Counted from the stretch's first letter, positions 31,589-43,748 are shown. The stretch: DNA of 64,000 bases from Candidatus Latescibacterota bacterium (GCA_965237525.1 CBDEFO010000004.1:352001-416000), one strand, 5' to 3'. Program-made: numbers and translations. Notes: generated by a model not told the origin, from the sequence alone.

Positions 31589-31993
31589 ATGTCCTTCAAG
31601 CTCGAAATAGTGACACCAGAGCGCATCCTCTTCTCAGGCGATGTCGAGGCATTGAGGGCCCCGGGCACGGAGGGGGACTTTGAGATCTTAACTGGACATA
31701 TTCCCCTCCTTTCGTCCTTGAGGACTGGTGAGATCAGTTTTAGGGAAAATGGAAAAGATAGGAGATACGCCGCTATTTCGAGCGGCTTTGCTGAGGTTCT
31801 CAGAACTGGTGTCACAGTCCTTGCCCAGACAGCGGAATTCTCCGATGAAATAGATGCCGAGCGCGCAGAGGCCGCAAGGGCAAGGGCAAGGGAGCGTATC
31901 AGAGTAAAAGATCCAGGAATCGACATCCCCCGCGCCGAATCCGCTTTGGAGAGAACCCTTAACCGGTTAAGAGTGGCTGCAAGAGGATATTGA
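31589..31993 (+). CDS. atpC: ATP synthase subunit epsilon
   Basis: IVTPER, GHIP, GFAEV. Confidence 0.95.
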   Translation: MSFKLEIVTPERILFSGDVEALRAPGTEGDFEILTGHIPLLSSLRTGEISFRENGKDRRYAAISSGFAEVLRTGVTVLAQTAEFSDEIDAERAEAARARARERIRVKDPGIDIPRAESALERTLNRLRVAARGY

Positions 31994-32072
31994 CCCTGTC
32001 CTCCGTCACTACAGGTAGGAGCTTGCCTTAAGGGATGAGGAGGAGACATATCAATCGCGCAAAAGATAAGGA

Positions 32073-32663
32073 TTATATCCTCGGCAGAGTAATCGCCTTT
32101 TGAGCCTGGTATTTTCCCTTCTTATCCGCATAGGATGTCTCGCACTCCTCGCCGCTTTCAAAGAACAATACTTGGGCTATACCCTCGTTGGCGTATATTT
32201 TGGCTGGAAGAGGAGTCGTATTCGAAATCTCCAGGGTGGCATATCCCTCCCAGCCCGGTTCGAAAGGAGTCACGTTTGTTATTATACCGCACCTTGCGTA
32301 AGTGGATTTCCCAAGGCACACAGTCAGGACGTTCCTCGGGATCCTGAAATACTCAACTGTCCTTGCAAGAGCGAACGAATTCGGGGGGATAATACACACA
32401 TCCCCCTTGAAATCCACGAAAGATTGGGGATCGAAATTCTTGGGATCGACAATAGAGCTATTCACATTCGTGAATATCTTAAATTCATCTGCCACCCGAA
32501 TGTCATATCCATAGCTGGAAAGACCGTAACTAATGACGCCATCCCTCTTTTGACTTTCCACAAAAGGCTCTATCATCGCTGCTTCGAAAGACAACTTTCT
32601 TATCCATCTGTCGCTCTTCAATCCGAAATAAAATTCGTCGTTGTCAACCAATTTTCCCTCCAT
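32073..32663 (-). CDS. dcd: dCTP deaminase
   Basis: [27 protein letters not shown]. Confidence 0.95.
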   Translation of the reverse strand: MEGKLVDNDEFYFGLKSDRWIRKLSFEAAMIEPFVESQKRDGVISYGLSSYGYDIRVADEFKIFTNVNSSIVDPKNFDPQSFVDFKGDVCIIPPNSFALARTVEYFRIPRNVLTVCLGKSTYARCGIITNVTPFEPGWEGYATLEISNTTPLPAKIYANEGIAQVLFFESGEECETSYADKKGKYQAQKAITLPRI

Positions 32664-33151
32664 CTGGGCTGATCTTATATTTTGTTCTACATCGCTCCGT
32701 TGCGACGCTTCCAGTGGTTCTTAGGACTGTGGAACGCTAGGTGACCTGACTCCACGACGCTGCTCTCATTTGGATTGCTCTTTTCAAAGTCGTGATCGGT
32801 ATTAGAATCGACGAGAGACACATCCTATTTGCTCAGGTCAAAGCTAATAAGCAATCTGAACTACCCGGCTGACTGAAGTATTTTCTGCCGAACCTGAATC
32901 GGCAGCAACATTAACCCTCAAAAGATATATAAATGTAATTAAGTAGCTTGAGGGAACTTGCTTCGGATATAAGTGATTGGGACCTCTCTTGAGATTGCTT
33001 AGGGAAAAGCACCCCTCACAATGACTAAGGGGCTGGACAAGCAGCGTCATTGTGAGCGAAGCTATGCAATCTCATTTAGATTACCTCGCCCTGTATGATG
33101 CCCACTATTTCGGATCTCTATAAGCTTGTTCAGACTATTTTGACCCGACAC

Positions 33152-35251
33152 TTAATAGACAACAGAGACAGAACCGCTCTCAAACTCCTCTAGCGAAGCC
33201 TCCACCGATATGCGATACAGATATATCCCGGGCGGAACCAGATTGTCGCCGCTGCCTCTGCCATCCCAACTACGGTCATATGCTCCTGCGGGATCAACTC
33301 CAGAATACACGTTCTTTATTAGGAGGCCGGATAGATCGTATATATCTACTGAGACCGGAACAGGAGCGGTCACCTTCAAAAGGCCATAAGATATCTTCAA
33401 CTTGTCGTTGATACCATCCCCATTGGGTGTGAAGGGATCTGGTGTAACCTCAACGGAGGTCAACAACGGTGCGTCCAAAGACGTAATTACAGAAAGAATA
33501 TCGCTATCTATCTCATCTGCCGCATTACCCTCCTTGATCCTCTGACGGACCTCGTGCGTCAGGTCGCTGTCAAACACCCTGCCGTTAAAAAAGGTATTGC
33601 GCACCACCAAAACAGGAGCGCTGAAGACGATTTCAATTAGAGATCCACTGTCTTCAATCTCCATCTTCCTCGGCAACTTAACCTCAAAGCCGTCTTCCCT
33701 TAGCATCAGGGTAAAATCTTCCCGCTTAATGTTGATGCCATCTATTCTGAGCGAATCGACCGAAGTAACCCCAAAAGGCGTTAAAATCTCCACGCTATCG
33801 AATCCTGTATCGCCAACTCTGATCTCCGAATTGATAAAATAAGTAAACTGTACCGGCTTTGCTATCTCGACCTCCACTGGGAATATCTCACCTACTAGGG
33901 TCGAAGCCGCAGGAGTCGGAGAGACTTTAAATTGTAAATAGTCTATCTTGCCCCCATCCTGCCCAAAAGAGACAAAATCCACCTTTATCTGAAAGAACTT
34001 GCGGGGGCCCGGAGAAAATATGTCTGTTCCCGGACTCTCAAAAACGTAAGGTTCTGACCAGAAGCTCCAGTTTTGCGTATCGTAAGTAACTCCACCTTGA
34101 ATATTGGGAGTCAGCTTATCGTATTTTTGTTTGTACTCCTTTGAACTGAGCTCTACTCCCTGCTGATTGGTCGAACGAATAACTGCCAACGTTTGCTGCG
34201 CACCTCTGATGTCCCAGTAGACGTCCGGTTGGGGATCTTTTCCGCTCCTTGTTCTGATCTGAACCCTAGCCTTGGGATCACGCCTCCCCGACCAGGTGAT
34301 CTCTCCCAAAGTGGCGCTCCTATCAAACTCAATCATGTCAGCTATATAAGAGGCATCAGGTACAAAGCCCGGTCCGAGGACTTCAATCTCGGCGATCTCT
34401 ATCGCCTTTTGCCCTTTGCGCCAGATGTACAGCCCCACATAAGAGACCCTCTCCCGTGGCTGAAAGGTGAAGCTAACTACAGGAGATAGAAAGTTATTTG
34501 GCACATGCACTACATTCAACCGTGCATCGTAACGGGGCAAATTTGGGAAGTCCGGGATGACCATTAATCCTCGACAAAGCATGAACCCGGGACTCGTATC
34601 ATCACTGAAACCGTCGAAATCCTCCGGGAGGCCCTGGCTGAGACCCAATTCGTAATCCGGCAAAAAGCGCTCCGTATGTTCCTCTCGAGTATAGAATTTT
34701 ACTTCATTTACGAGAAATAGTCCGCCTAAGTAAATAACCACACGCTCGCTTATCCTGTGACATCTTGCGCCACTTCCTTCACTACCCTGTGGCCACACAA
34801 AGGCCGTGGTAGGATCCCCATCTATCAGGTTATTCCCCACGTTGCCTTCGATGTCATATACCTCTTTTGAGCCTGGCAACTCGTCTCCTGGGGTACCTAC
34901 CTTCACCCATCCTCCTCTGTCCAGAGCCGTTATGGCTATGCTCTCACCCTCAGCAAAAAGCTTGGGTTGAATTGAGCTGGCATCCCCCGCCTTCAGGGAA
35001 TCCACGTCGAGGCTATTCACCGACTCATAATCTTTCGAGCTGATCTCCCTGACACCGAGCCCTATCTTCCCGCTCTCCAAGAGACTGTCGTTTATCTCCT
35101 GGATACTGTCCTTTTCTGCAGGTGAAAAGGGCTTTCCGATTCTATAGATAATCGCAGAGGATGCGTCACCTGAAAAGATGATGATGCCTATCCAAGCTAC
35201 CAGAATCAATCCTGTCAGCTTACATAAAATACTACCTACTGTTGATGCCAT
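33152..35251 (-). CDS. Secreted protein with discoidin-like region and C-terminal FlgD Ig-like domain
   Basis: Signal peptide; NLIDGDPTT; PFTPNGDGIND, IYDLSG, WDGR..VPPGIY. Confidence 0.75.
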   Translation of the reverse strand: MASTVGSILCKLTGLILVAWIGIIIFSGDASSAIIYRIGKPFSPAEKDSIQEINDSLLESGKIGLGVREISSKDYESVNSLDVDSLKAGDASSIQPKLFAEGESIAITALDRGGWVKVGTPGDELPGSKEVYDIEGNVGNNLIDGDPTTAFVWPQGSEGSGARCHRISERVVIYLGGLFLVNEVKFYTREEHTERFLPDYELGLSQGLPEDFDGFSDDTSPGFMLCRGLMVIPDFPNLPRYDARLNVVHVPNNFLSPVVSFTFQPRERVSYVGLYIWRKGQKAIEIAEIEVLGPGFVPDASYIADMIEFDRSATLGEITWSGRRDPKARVQIRTRSGKDPQPDVYWDIRGAQQTLAVIRSTNQQGVELSSKEYKQKYDKLTPNIQGGVTYDTQNWSFWSEPYVFESPGTDIFSPGPRKFFQIKVDFVSFGQDGGKIDYLQFKVSPTPAASTLVGEIFPVEVEIAKPVQFTYFINSEIRVGDTGFDSVEILTPFGVTSVDSLRIDGINIKREDFTLMLREDGFEVKLPRKMEIEDSGSLIEIVFSAPVLVVRNTFFNGRVFDSDLTHEVRQRIKEGNAADEIDSDILSVITSLDAPLLTSVEVTPDPFTPNGDGINDKLKISYGLLKVTAPVPVSVDIYDLSGLLIKNVYSGVDPAGAYDRSWDGRGSGDNLVPPGIYLYRISVEASLEEFESGSVSVVY

Positions 35252-35487
35252 GAACTTTCACCTCCCGGGTCTATTAACAGCTTCTTATATTCAAACGAAC
35301 CTCACACTCTATAAATACTAGATTTTAAAGATGGTTCTTTAGTTTCATTTTTGTGGCATGGCTACATGCGATATGGAAATAGATGAAGTGTAATATTACG
35401 TTACCCCACATATCACAGTTTTTCACGCTTTCATGCTGCAAATCAGTTCTAAATCCGAATAAACCAGAAGAATTACTTAGGTACACT

Positions 35488-35516
35488 ATTATACTAAAGA
35501 ATAACTATGAGGTCAA
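35488..35516 (-). promoter_or_regulatory. sigma70 promoter for the 699-aa gene
   Basis: TTGACC-17bp-TATAAT on the minus strand. Confidence 0.7.
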
Positions 35517-35576
35517 GCAAAAAATGCCCCTTCTTCTAATCCTACTTTCGAATTAGCCGGCTGCAACCCTTTTTAT

Positions 35577-35605
35577 TTGACTATTCGACAAATAATTGTT
35601 ATATT
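35577..35605 (+). promoter_or_regulatory. sigma70 promoter for the tRNA/gltX unit
   Basis: TTGACT-17bp-TATATT. Confidence 0.65.
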
Positions 35606-35722
35606 TTAAAGTTCTTATTGGCAACATACGTAATCCCTATCTGCCACTAAATTAATAGATAGAGGGAAGAAGCCCTGTCTACCCCCGATAGATTCAATCG
35701 GGGGCTGTTCTCCACCTGGATC

Positions 35723-35813
35723 GGCGGGGTGCCCGAGTGGTTTAAGGGAGCGGTCTTGAAAACCGTCGGCCTGTAGCCCAGGCCCGTGGGTTCGAATCCT
35801 ACCCCCGCCGCCA
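35723..35813 (+). tRNA. tRNA-Ser(TGA)
   Basis: Acceptor GGCGGGG/CCCCGCC, anticodon TGA, long variable arm, GTTCGAATC, CCA. Confidence 0.96.
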
Positions 35814-35835
35814 AGATTCAAAGATGACAATTCCT

Positions 35836-35929
<94 letters not shown>

Positions 35930-35947
35930 ATTAACGCTTACAGACCA

Positions 35948-36325
35948 ATGAATTGTGAAATTAGCCGCATAGACGTCTGGTCAGTCGTCAAGATCACATT
36001 TTTTGTGGGACTCTTTATAGGGCTTCTGTACGGTTTCGTCTGGATCGCCGTTGTCTTACTCATCTCCGGCTTTTTTAGCGCCATCATCCCTGACGAGTTT
36101 GCACCCGAGGGTATTTCCACTGGGATGGCTCTGGTAGTGCCCTTCTTCCTTGCTCCCTTTATGGGTATCTTGTGGGCTACTATTTCGGCTGCAGGCGTCA
36201 TAGTCTATAACCTCATTTCCAAATGGGCTGGCGGAATACGCATCGACGTGGAGCAGGAACTACCGCAATCGCCGCTAGATTCAATCGGGGATCAAAACGC
36301 CGTCCAAATCGAAAGTATCAGATGA
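35948..36325 (+). CDS. Small membrane protein (DUF3566-like)
   Basis: RIDVWSVVKI start and YNLISKWAGGI end. Confidence 0.7.
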   Translation: MNCEISRIDVWSVVKITFFVGLFIGLLYGFVWIAVVLLISGFFSAIIPDEFAPEGISTGMALVVPFFLAPFMGILWATISAAGVIVYNLISKWAGGIRIDVEQELPQSPLDSIGDQNAVQIESIR

Positions 36326-37776
36326 AGGATGAAATACTCAGGTTCGCGCCGTCTCCTACGGGAGGATTCCACGTAGGCAACGTCAGAACCGCTGTGTTTA
36401 ACTGGATCTACGTCAAAAAGTACGGCGGCAAGTTGCTTCTAAGAATAGAAGACACAGATAAAGAACGCTCCTCTCAAGAATCTATCGATACCATTCTAGA
36501 CGGCTTTGCATGGATCGGCATAGATTTTGATAAAGAGCCTCTACTTCAGTCCCAAAACGTTGAGGCGCATAGAGAATGCGCATACAGACTCTTAGCAGAA
36601 GGCAAGACGTACTACTGCTACTGCACGCCTGAACTCTTGGATCAAAAGAGGAAAGAAGCTCAAGAGAATAAGATCCCCTGGAGATATGACGGAACCTGCC
36701 GCAACCTTTCCTCAGAACAGATTCAAAAGCACGAGGAACGAGGCGCGCCCAAAGTCATAAGATTTAAAGTCCCGCAGGGGAGGACATCTTTTGATGACCT
36801 GGTCCGCGGACATATTGAATTTGACAACGAGCAAATAGGCGATTTTGTCATCATTAGAGCCGATGGTTCTCCCCTTTACAATCTGGCTGTGGTTGTGGAC
36901 GACGCCCAGATGGGAATTTCCCTTGTTATGAGAGCGGCGGATCATATATCCAATACCCCAAAGCAGATTATGCTCTTTGAGGCCCTGGGATTTCCCCCAG
37001 CTAAATTTGTTCATCTGCCTTTGATATTAGGACCCGATAAAAGAAAACTTTCAAAAAGACACGCAGCTACCTCCATTTTAGAATATAAAAAGAAGGGATA
37101 TCTGCCAGAAGCCATCGTAAACTTTCTATCCCTTTTGGGCTGGTCTCCCGGCGATGACAGGGAGAAGATGGACATGGACGAACTTATTGAGGCCTTCTCC
37201 ATCGAGGGAATCAGCGTTAAAGACGCCGTATTTGACGAAGCTAAATTAGAATGGCTTAACAGTCAGTATATAAACGATACTCCCGCAGACAAGCTCTTCT
37301 ATGAGGTCGTAAGTCTCTTCAAATCCGATGGGTTAATTGATGATACCGACGTACAGAACAAAAGAGAGTGGTTGATTTCAGTCATTGACCTGCTCAAGAC
37401 AAGGGTACGCACTCTTAACGATTTTGTAAAACTGGGACGATACTTCTTTGTGGATCCGGAGAAATACGAGAGCAAGGGCGTCAAGAAGTACTGGAAGGAT
37501 GCACACGTCCCGGACAGATTAGAGATCCTTGCAGAGCGTATCGATAGACTCGATAAGTTCAATGAGAAGACAATTGAGACTACTATAAAGGCTTTAGCCG
37601 AGGAATTGAACGTATCCGCCGCAAAGATTATGCATCCCACAAGGCTTGCCCTTTCCGGTATGTCCTTCGGTCCGGGTTTATTCGAACTTATGTCGCTCCT
37701 TGAAAAAGAGACTGTAATAGGGAGGCTTACGAGGGCGGCATCTATTCTTAAAGATGGCAGTCTGCAGTTGCTGTAG
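36322..37776 (+). CDS. gltX: Glutamate--tRNA ligase
   Basis: RFAPSPTG, HVGN, RIEDTD, KLSKR; start ATG36322. Confidence 0.97.
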   Translation: MKDEILRFAPSPTGGFHVGNVRTAVFNWIYVKKYGGKLLLRIEDTDKERSSQESIDTILDGFAWIGIDFDKEPLLQSQNVEAHRECAYRLLAEGKTYYCYCTPELLDQKRKEAQENKIPWRYDGTCRNLSSEQIQKHEERGAPKVIRFKVPQGRTSFDDLVRGHIEFDNEQIGDFVIIRADGSPLYNLAVVVDDAQMGISLVMRAADHISNTPKQIMLFEALGFPPAKFVHLPLILGPDKRKLSKRHAATSILEYKKKGYLPEAIVNFLSLLGWSPGDDREKMDMDELIEAFSIEGISVKDAVFDEAKLEWLNSQYINDTPADKLFYEVVSLFKSDGLIDDTDVQNKREWLISVIDLLKTRVRTLNDFVKLGRYFFVDPEKYESKGVKKYWKDAHVPDRLEILAERIDRLDKFNEKTIETTIKALAEELNVSAAKIMHPTRLALSGMSFGPGLFELMSLLEKETVIGRLTRAASILKDGSLQLL

Positions 37777-37809
37777 TTGACTCAGTGAAAAGAGAAGAAA
37801 CTTGAGCGC

Positions 37810-37883
37810 TGCGCCCTCGTCTAATGGCAGGACAGCGGACTCTGGATCCGTCAATTGGGGTTCGAATCCCTGGGGCGCAGCCA
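37810..37883 (+). tRNA. tRNA-Gln(CTG)
   Basis: Acceptor TGCGCCC/GGGCGCA, anticodon CTG, GTTCGAATC, CCA. Confidence 0.96.
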
Positions 37884-37893
37884 AAACAATCGC

Positions 37894-37927
37894 AAGGTCC
37901 TTAAAGTATATGCTTCAAGGACCTTTT
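37894..37927 (+). terminator. Intrinsic terminator after tRNA-Gln
   Basis: AAGGTCCTT/AAGGACCTT stem followed by T-rich tract. Confidence 0.6.
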
Positions 37928-38198
37928 CTAATTTGTTTTGAGTCTATTTGCTGCTTGCACGATGTGGAAAGTCCCTGCCGAAGATGAAGATAGGTGTGGA
38001 TTTCAACTATATGACCCCGCTAATCCCTATCTCTTTCTACTATAGCAATGTTGGGATTGAATATCAAGTCAAAATAGTCCGGACAAGATTGTGAAGATGC
38101 AAAATGGTGGGAATATTGCAGGCGAAGGGGTGCCCCGTCTACCCCCGATTGAATCCCCGATTACGTCTATCGGGGATCAGGGGCTACTGCCTACATAT

Positions 38199-40750
38199 TT
38201 AATAGACTTTTAGCTCTCGAACGCATGTTCTGTAGAACCCACCTTTCTTTCTGCCGGAATCGTTCCACTGGCTGTAAACGTACAGTCTGATTTTTTTGGT
38301 AAAGACCGGTCTGAACGCATGGGAGATTTCGGACTTTTTATTATTTCTGACTCTTGTTTTTGAAATGTCCTTCCACTTCTTGCCGCTCAAATACTGAAGG
38401 ACGTATTGGTCGGGGATGAAGGCTATTTTGCTTTTATCGTTTGAACACCCTGTGTAGGCAACGATCTTGGAGATCAACTTTGATTTTTCAAACTCCAGTC
38501 CGAACCACGCCCATTCAGCCTTTTTGGCTCTTCCTCTGCTAGAAGCTGTGAATTCCAATTTCCCGTTGAGCATCTCTCCGTCGTTTATCCTGTTCAGGTT
38601 CCTAATCGGACCTGTTTCGGATTTTCCGATGGGAAAGCCGTAAAGGGCCAGGTTACCTGTAATAACCCCCCCTTGGAGACTTTAAATACCCGGGCGATGT
38701 CATGTTTTTCGCCCGTCTCGAAGACAAGTTCGAAGTTAGGGTTATTCTTAAAAGTGTAATAGGGGCCCCATTTGTCCTTGAGGACGTACAGATCCCCATC
38801 TTCGTTTTTAGAAAACCCGAGTATGCTCTCCAGACCTTTCAGAACGGGAATGTTCAGATTGTCTTTTGACTTGACCATGTCAATGTTTTTTCTGAGATTG
38901 GTCAGGACAGTGCCGTTGTGCGTATAGCTTCGGACAAGATCGGCGGCGAACCAGTTAGTAGCTATCAGGGCGTTTTTAGGAAGGTTGTGTTTGATCCATT
39001 GGCAGGCTGCATATTCAGACGAGGTAAACGTCAGTCCCCATCTGCCCCACCCTCTGCTGTTGGCGACAAAGGAAAACAGGAAGATAATAAGGCCAGAGTA
39101 GACGCCAAAGTAGGGCAAGTAAGTGAGTTTTCTTGCAGCTACCGAGTATCTTCTGATGCTTCTTCCCCATCGGAACGTGACACTGCAGAGGGCTTCTCCT
39201 GTTTGATCCTTTTGTCTTTCGATCAGCGCCTCTATTCCTTGTCGAATCGGGGCAATGACGTTATCGGCGACAAGGATGAGGAAAAAGGAGGCAAGAAAAC
39301 AAAGAGGATAGGAAAGAGGGAGAAAATATCTATAATAAGCCCCTATGACGGTGGGGAGTCCGTAGCGCGTGCCCAGGATCAGAGCAAAAAAGAAGATAAT
39401 ATAAGCGGCTAAGAATATCTTCACAAAGATATACTCTCTCCCAAAAATCGGCAGGAACATCGTAACTTTGAGGCGGTTTTCGCCCTTTTTGTCTTGTCCG
39501 TCGGTGAGTCCTAACCGAAGCGGACTACCTGGGAAAAACCCTGCAATAAGACAGACCAATCCGAGGATGGACCCCCAGAGGACCGGATGGCCTATGTTCC
39601 TGGACAGCTCAAATAGGAAGTTGGCGTCTTTTCGAGCTATCATATCCGTAGCCTCGCGGCTCGATACGAAGAGGCCCTCCACAAGCGATGATCCAAGGAT
39701 GTTCACCGCCCATACAACGATCATTATAAGAAAAATGCTCAGGGCGACAAAAGAGCCGCGTATTATACTTCGGCTGGATTCTTTGTCCTTTTTCAGGGCA
39801 CACGCAACGGCTGTACCGACCGTAAAGAGAACCAAGAGAGGAGCTAACAATGCCCCATTAACTTGGTTGCTCATAACCATAGCGGTGTAGAAGATGCCAA
39901 GAATCGCTGCAAACTGAAGCCGGCGCGATTGTATGAAGAGCAAGAAAAAGAGCAGCAACAGGGCAAAGTAGGGCAGTGACCAGCTCTGACTGAAACCAAT
40001 ACTTGTCCTTACTATATGTACCGGACTGGCGGCGAGGACCGCCGCTGTTGTGACGCCTAAAAGGGTGCTCTTCTTAATGGCGTATTTTCCAAGGAAGTAG
40101 ACTGATATAACTGCCAGACATCCCATAAGGATGCTTCCAAATTTAACCACATCTTTCGGAGAAAATCCTGAGATCAAAGCTATAACCGCCGTTAGTACGT
40201 AGCTGCCCTGCATCTCAAAGATAGGGACCTTTCCCATAATCAAAGGATCCCATCTTGCAATGTCGCCAGTTTCGACTATATGTCTTACTCTGGGGTGGTG
40301 TCTATAAGGATCAGTAGTCAAGAGGAGATCAGGGTGCTTGAGCGTATCTGTGAGTCTGAGTTCCACGGATAAAAGAAAGATTACAAAGAGAGAAAGGAGA
40401 ATCAAAAGCTGACCGCGGGAGAAATTACCCCGCAAATCTATGCCCTTTTTAAGGTAATACACTCCACAGGCTAAAAGGACTATAAGAAATACAACATATA
40501 TGTTTATCAGGGATATTTCAAATTGGAAGAGGCCGTTGAAGAGCATGAAAAGGAATGAGTAGAAGGCCATGCCGAAATAAACGCTCAGAACGATCCTGTC
40601 GGACAGGTCCTCAAATTTCCTGCGGATTAGCGGGAACAGATTAGAGAGTAGGAATCCCGTGACAATAAAGACTCCAAGAGGCAGAAGCATCCTGAATATA
40701 GTCCCAATATTTACTCCGGAATTTATGATATTTGCAAAGGGTGGGTTCAT
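38199..40750 (-). CDS. GT-C (STT3/PMT-like) membrane protein with C-terminal discoidin-like domain; apparent frameshift near 38620
   Basis: Many TMs, DPYRH motif, WIKHNLPKNALI; the 124-aa ORF frame extends upstream (NLNRINDG) and overlaps the end of the 718-aa ORF. Confidence 0.6.
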
Positions 40751-40756
40751 ATTTCT

Positions 40757-41460
40757 TTAGAACCTCTCCAAAAGGGAGTGGATATCCTGCGTCTTGATAA
40801 ATCTCACAGTGGCCTTTCTCCTCTTAGTTTTGGGTACAAATATCCAGACTCTGCTCCTTGAGACATTTTCATCGATTACAAGGGTACTGGATAGACCTGT
40901 TCTACGATCTCGAACCATCCATAAGGGTCTTCGTTGCCAGGAACGCAGAGCACAACGCTATGGGAATCGGTTGAGAAACTATAGACTCCCGGATCTACGT
41001 AGAGATATTCGGAGTTGTCAGAAGGCCAAAGGTTCCCAAAGCCTTCCACTTTCAAGGTATGCACCTCCTTTCCCCTTTTAAAAGTCAGGTTTGCTTCGCC
41101 TGTGATATTATGTTCTAATTCGGGTATAAGGACTTTAACTCCTGTCTTCCCCCTTCTTGTGAGCGTCATTATTGTGGGAAGGCCTTCCTGGACCTTCCAG
41201 AAGGTTCGACCTTTGGAGTTGGCAAAGATCACGACTTCTTTGACAGGAAACTCCCAGCTTTCCATCTGGGAGTTCAAGGTGACGGTATAAGTGCCGGCCT
41301 TCAGGAGTAGATCAAAAGGTCTTGGAATTTTTGAGCCGTCGATTGTTGGGGTTACAACTTTCACGCCGCTGTCTTCTCCCTGACCCATAGTGTCTGAAAC
41401 GGCCAGAAGGAGGAATAAAAGGACACGCACAGTTAAAGACATAGCATATGCTCCCTTCAT
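40757..41460 (-). CDS. Secreted hypothetical protein; apparent frameshift near 40897
   Basis: Signal peptide; alternative frame GLSSTLVIDE...LLERF ends 6 nt before the next ATG. Confidence 0.5.
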
Positions 41461-42909
41461 TTACCAGTAAGTTTCATACATCACTTCCATAGCCAAAGTC
41501 TGGATGAAGAGCATCCCGACTATGACATATACTATAACATTGCTATCTGATGTCACTTTTTCAACAAAGTTAGCTATGGATATAAACAATACCGGAGAAG
41601 CAAAGAGCCATATTCTACCTGCTTCTCCCCGTATTATCCCAGAAATATCAATTAAAAGCAAAGCGGCCACAATGCTTATAAAGGGGATGTTTTCTCTTCG
41701 GAGAACCTTTCCTTTTATATCTTGAAGGATTTGAAGGCAGTAATGGACGACGAACCCTGCAACGGGAATCCCCAAAAAGGTGAAGAAGTCGGCCCAATTT
41801 CCAAAAATCCAATATCCGTAGGGTCTGTAGGGGGCTTTGAGTTGTCGATTATATTCATTCGCCTTAAAAAATACCTCAGCTATGTTATAGTTGAACAGTG
41901 CCAATAGCACAATATGAATCAGCAACACAAACCAACCCATAAGAAAGAGGGAGCGATAAATATCTACTTTATCCTGCACGTCAGAACGATTCAAAGTCAG
42001 CCAGACAACCATAAGGAAGAATATTACAAGAAGACCATTGGTAAAGGTCATAAAAAGGCTTGTCGAGTATAAGAGGGCAAAAACAAGGCAATTTAGTAAC
42101 TTGAATTTCTCCAGACATTTAAAGAAATAAAGCGCAGATAGCGCCGCTGTAAACATGAACATTACGTCCATAGACGTTACAGAGTATAGAACGACATTTG
42201 GTGAGAGTATATAGAGAACACAGATTAAATCGGCTCCCTTTTCTCCGTATAGTCTTCTGGTTATCCTATAGATAGGAACCACGGTTAGACTTCCGAAGAT
42301 AGCGACGAATAGGGAGGACCAGAATGCGTCTAATCCCAGCCTTGACAGACACCATAAGAACAAAATTGGTCCGGGAGGATGCGTAGATGAATGGAGGGAA
42401 AGATCTTTTAATCGGGACTCGTAATCGAAAATAAACTCTCCGTTTACCTTTCCTACATCTCCATAGTACTCTAATTTATCTCGCTGGAAGGTCTTCGTTA
42501 TAACTTGGACAAAATCTCCGTCAACAGAGGCGACGCATAAGTTCAGAAGAAAGGATGACAATACCAAGAGAGCTAATATAAGGTTGCTGTTTTTGATGCC
42601 TCTTTTTAAGACTGTGTGTATGACGTAGAATAAAAGGGGAGCAAATAGAAAAGGCAAGATGATCTTTGAAGTGATATTAGGATCATACATTGCGTATAGA
42701 GGATAGGCATTTATATTTTTACCCTTCAGTTCAAGCAATAGAGACTTTAGCCTATATGTATCAATCAAATAAGAGGTAAGAATCCTAAAACCAACGATAA
42801 AAAGACCCGCAAACAGAATCGAAAGGATGACGGAAATGTATTTTACCCGTATAGGGAGGGTAAACGATACGGATGCTGTGGTTATGTCTCTTTTCAAGCC
42901 TGACTGCAT
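41461..42909 (-). CDS. GT-C / glycosyltransferase family 39-like membrane protein
   Basis: THPPGP motif, multiple TMs, EAGRIWLF. Confidence 0.65.
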   Translation of the reverse strand: MQSGLKRDITTASVSFTLPIRVKYISVILSILFAGLFIVGFRILTSYLIDTYRLKSLLLELKGKNINAYPLYAMYDPNITSKIILPFLFAPLLFYVIHTVLKRGIKNSNLILALLVLSSFLLNLCVASVDGDFVQVITKTFQRDKLEYYGDVGKVNGEFIFDYESRLKDLSLHSSTHPPGPILFLWCLSRLGLDAFWSSLFVAIFGSLTVVPIYRITRRLYGEKGADLICVLYILSPNVVLYSVTSMDVMFMFTAALSALYFFKCLEKFKLLNCLVFALLYSTSLFMTFTNGLLVIFFLMVVWLTLNRSDVQDKVDIYRSLFLMGWFVLLIHIVLLALFNYNIAEVFFKANEYNRQLKAPYRPYGYWIFGNWADFFTFLGIPVAGFVVHYCLQILQDIKGKVLRRENIPFISIVAALLLIDISGIIRGEAGRIWLFASPVLFISIANFVEKVTSDSNVIVYVIVGMLFIQTLAMEVMYETYW

Positions 42910-42950
42910 AGTGACCTATCTTTGGTCCATTTTCCCTGCAAAAATGCTAT

Positions 42951-43748
42951 CTATCTTCTGAAGCCATCTTTTGAGTTGAGCCATTTGATCTTGTAGACGA
43001 CTATCTTGGGATAGGCGTTTCCTGTCGCTAGCCAGTGTGGCCGATACTCATGCATTGGAATCTCAGCGTTGTGCAAGGGGGTCAATTTGAACTTTTTTCC
43101 ATTTTGTCTGTAGATTCCCATTCGGTCCCCCAACGATACCCTTTTCAGTCTGGACTCAACCATAGCTAGGTGCGTCGCCTTTTTCTTTCGCATAAACTCG
43201 GGGGCGTTACCGGAAAAAAGGTAGCGAATGCTGGACGGATCCACCAAGCCACCTAGATCTACGATTTCCCTTTGAGAATAATAACCTATAGCTCCAATGT
43301 CATAAGCGGCAAGTACAGCATCCTTGCGTATGTTTTCGTTTATCCACTTGCCCGTCGAGACGTGCACTCTATTTATATGAAGCACACTGGCAGTATATAA
43401 ATCCCTCCACTGGATAGCGCTTCCCACGTATGTCGCTGTCCCCAGAAAGATTGCAATATAGTAAACAGAATTCAATAATATGGCCGATCTGAGACTCTTC
43501 GTATTCTTTATCTTTTTATAGACAAGGACAATTCCCGCAATCAAGAAGAACGTCACTAAGATCAGATTTATGGCCTGGTATCTTCCGGCGTGTCCTTTCC
43601 ACGGTATTAACACCGCATACATAAAATTATGCAAAATAAACCATGCAGACATTACAGTGCCTATTTTGGAAATAGAAACAACGTCTGGGGCAAAGGCGCG
43701 CAAGAAGCAGAGTTGAAAGAACAGATACAATACTATTACCGTTATTAA
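42951..43748 (-). pseudogene. 3' fragment of GT-C-like membrane protein, 5' part replaced by IS1182
   Basis: DIGAIGYYS..IVDLGGLVDP; the frame runs into the IS end. Confidence 0.65.

Noticed and set aside
32664..32780. ZTP-like riboswitch upstream of dcd
   Set aside because: Partial AACCACTGGAAGC similarity only; the 3' pseudoknot motif is absent
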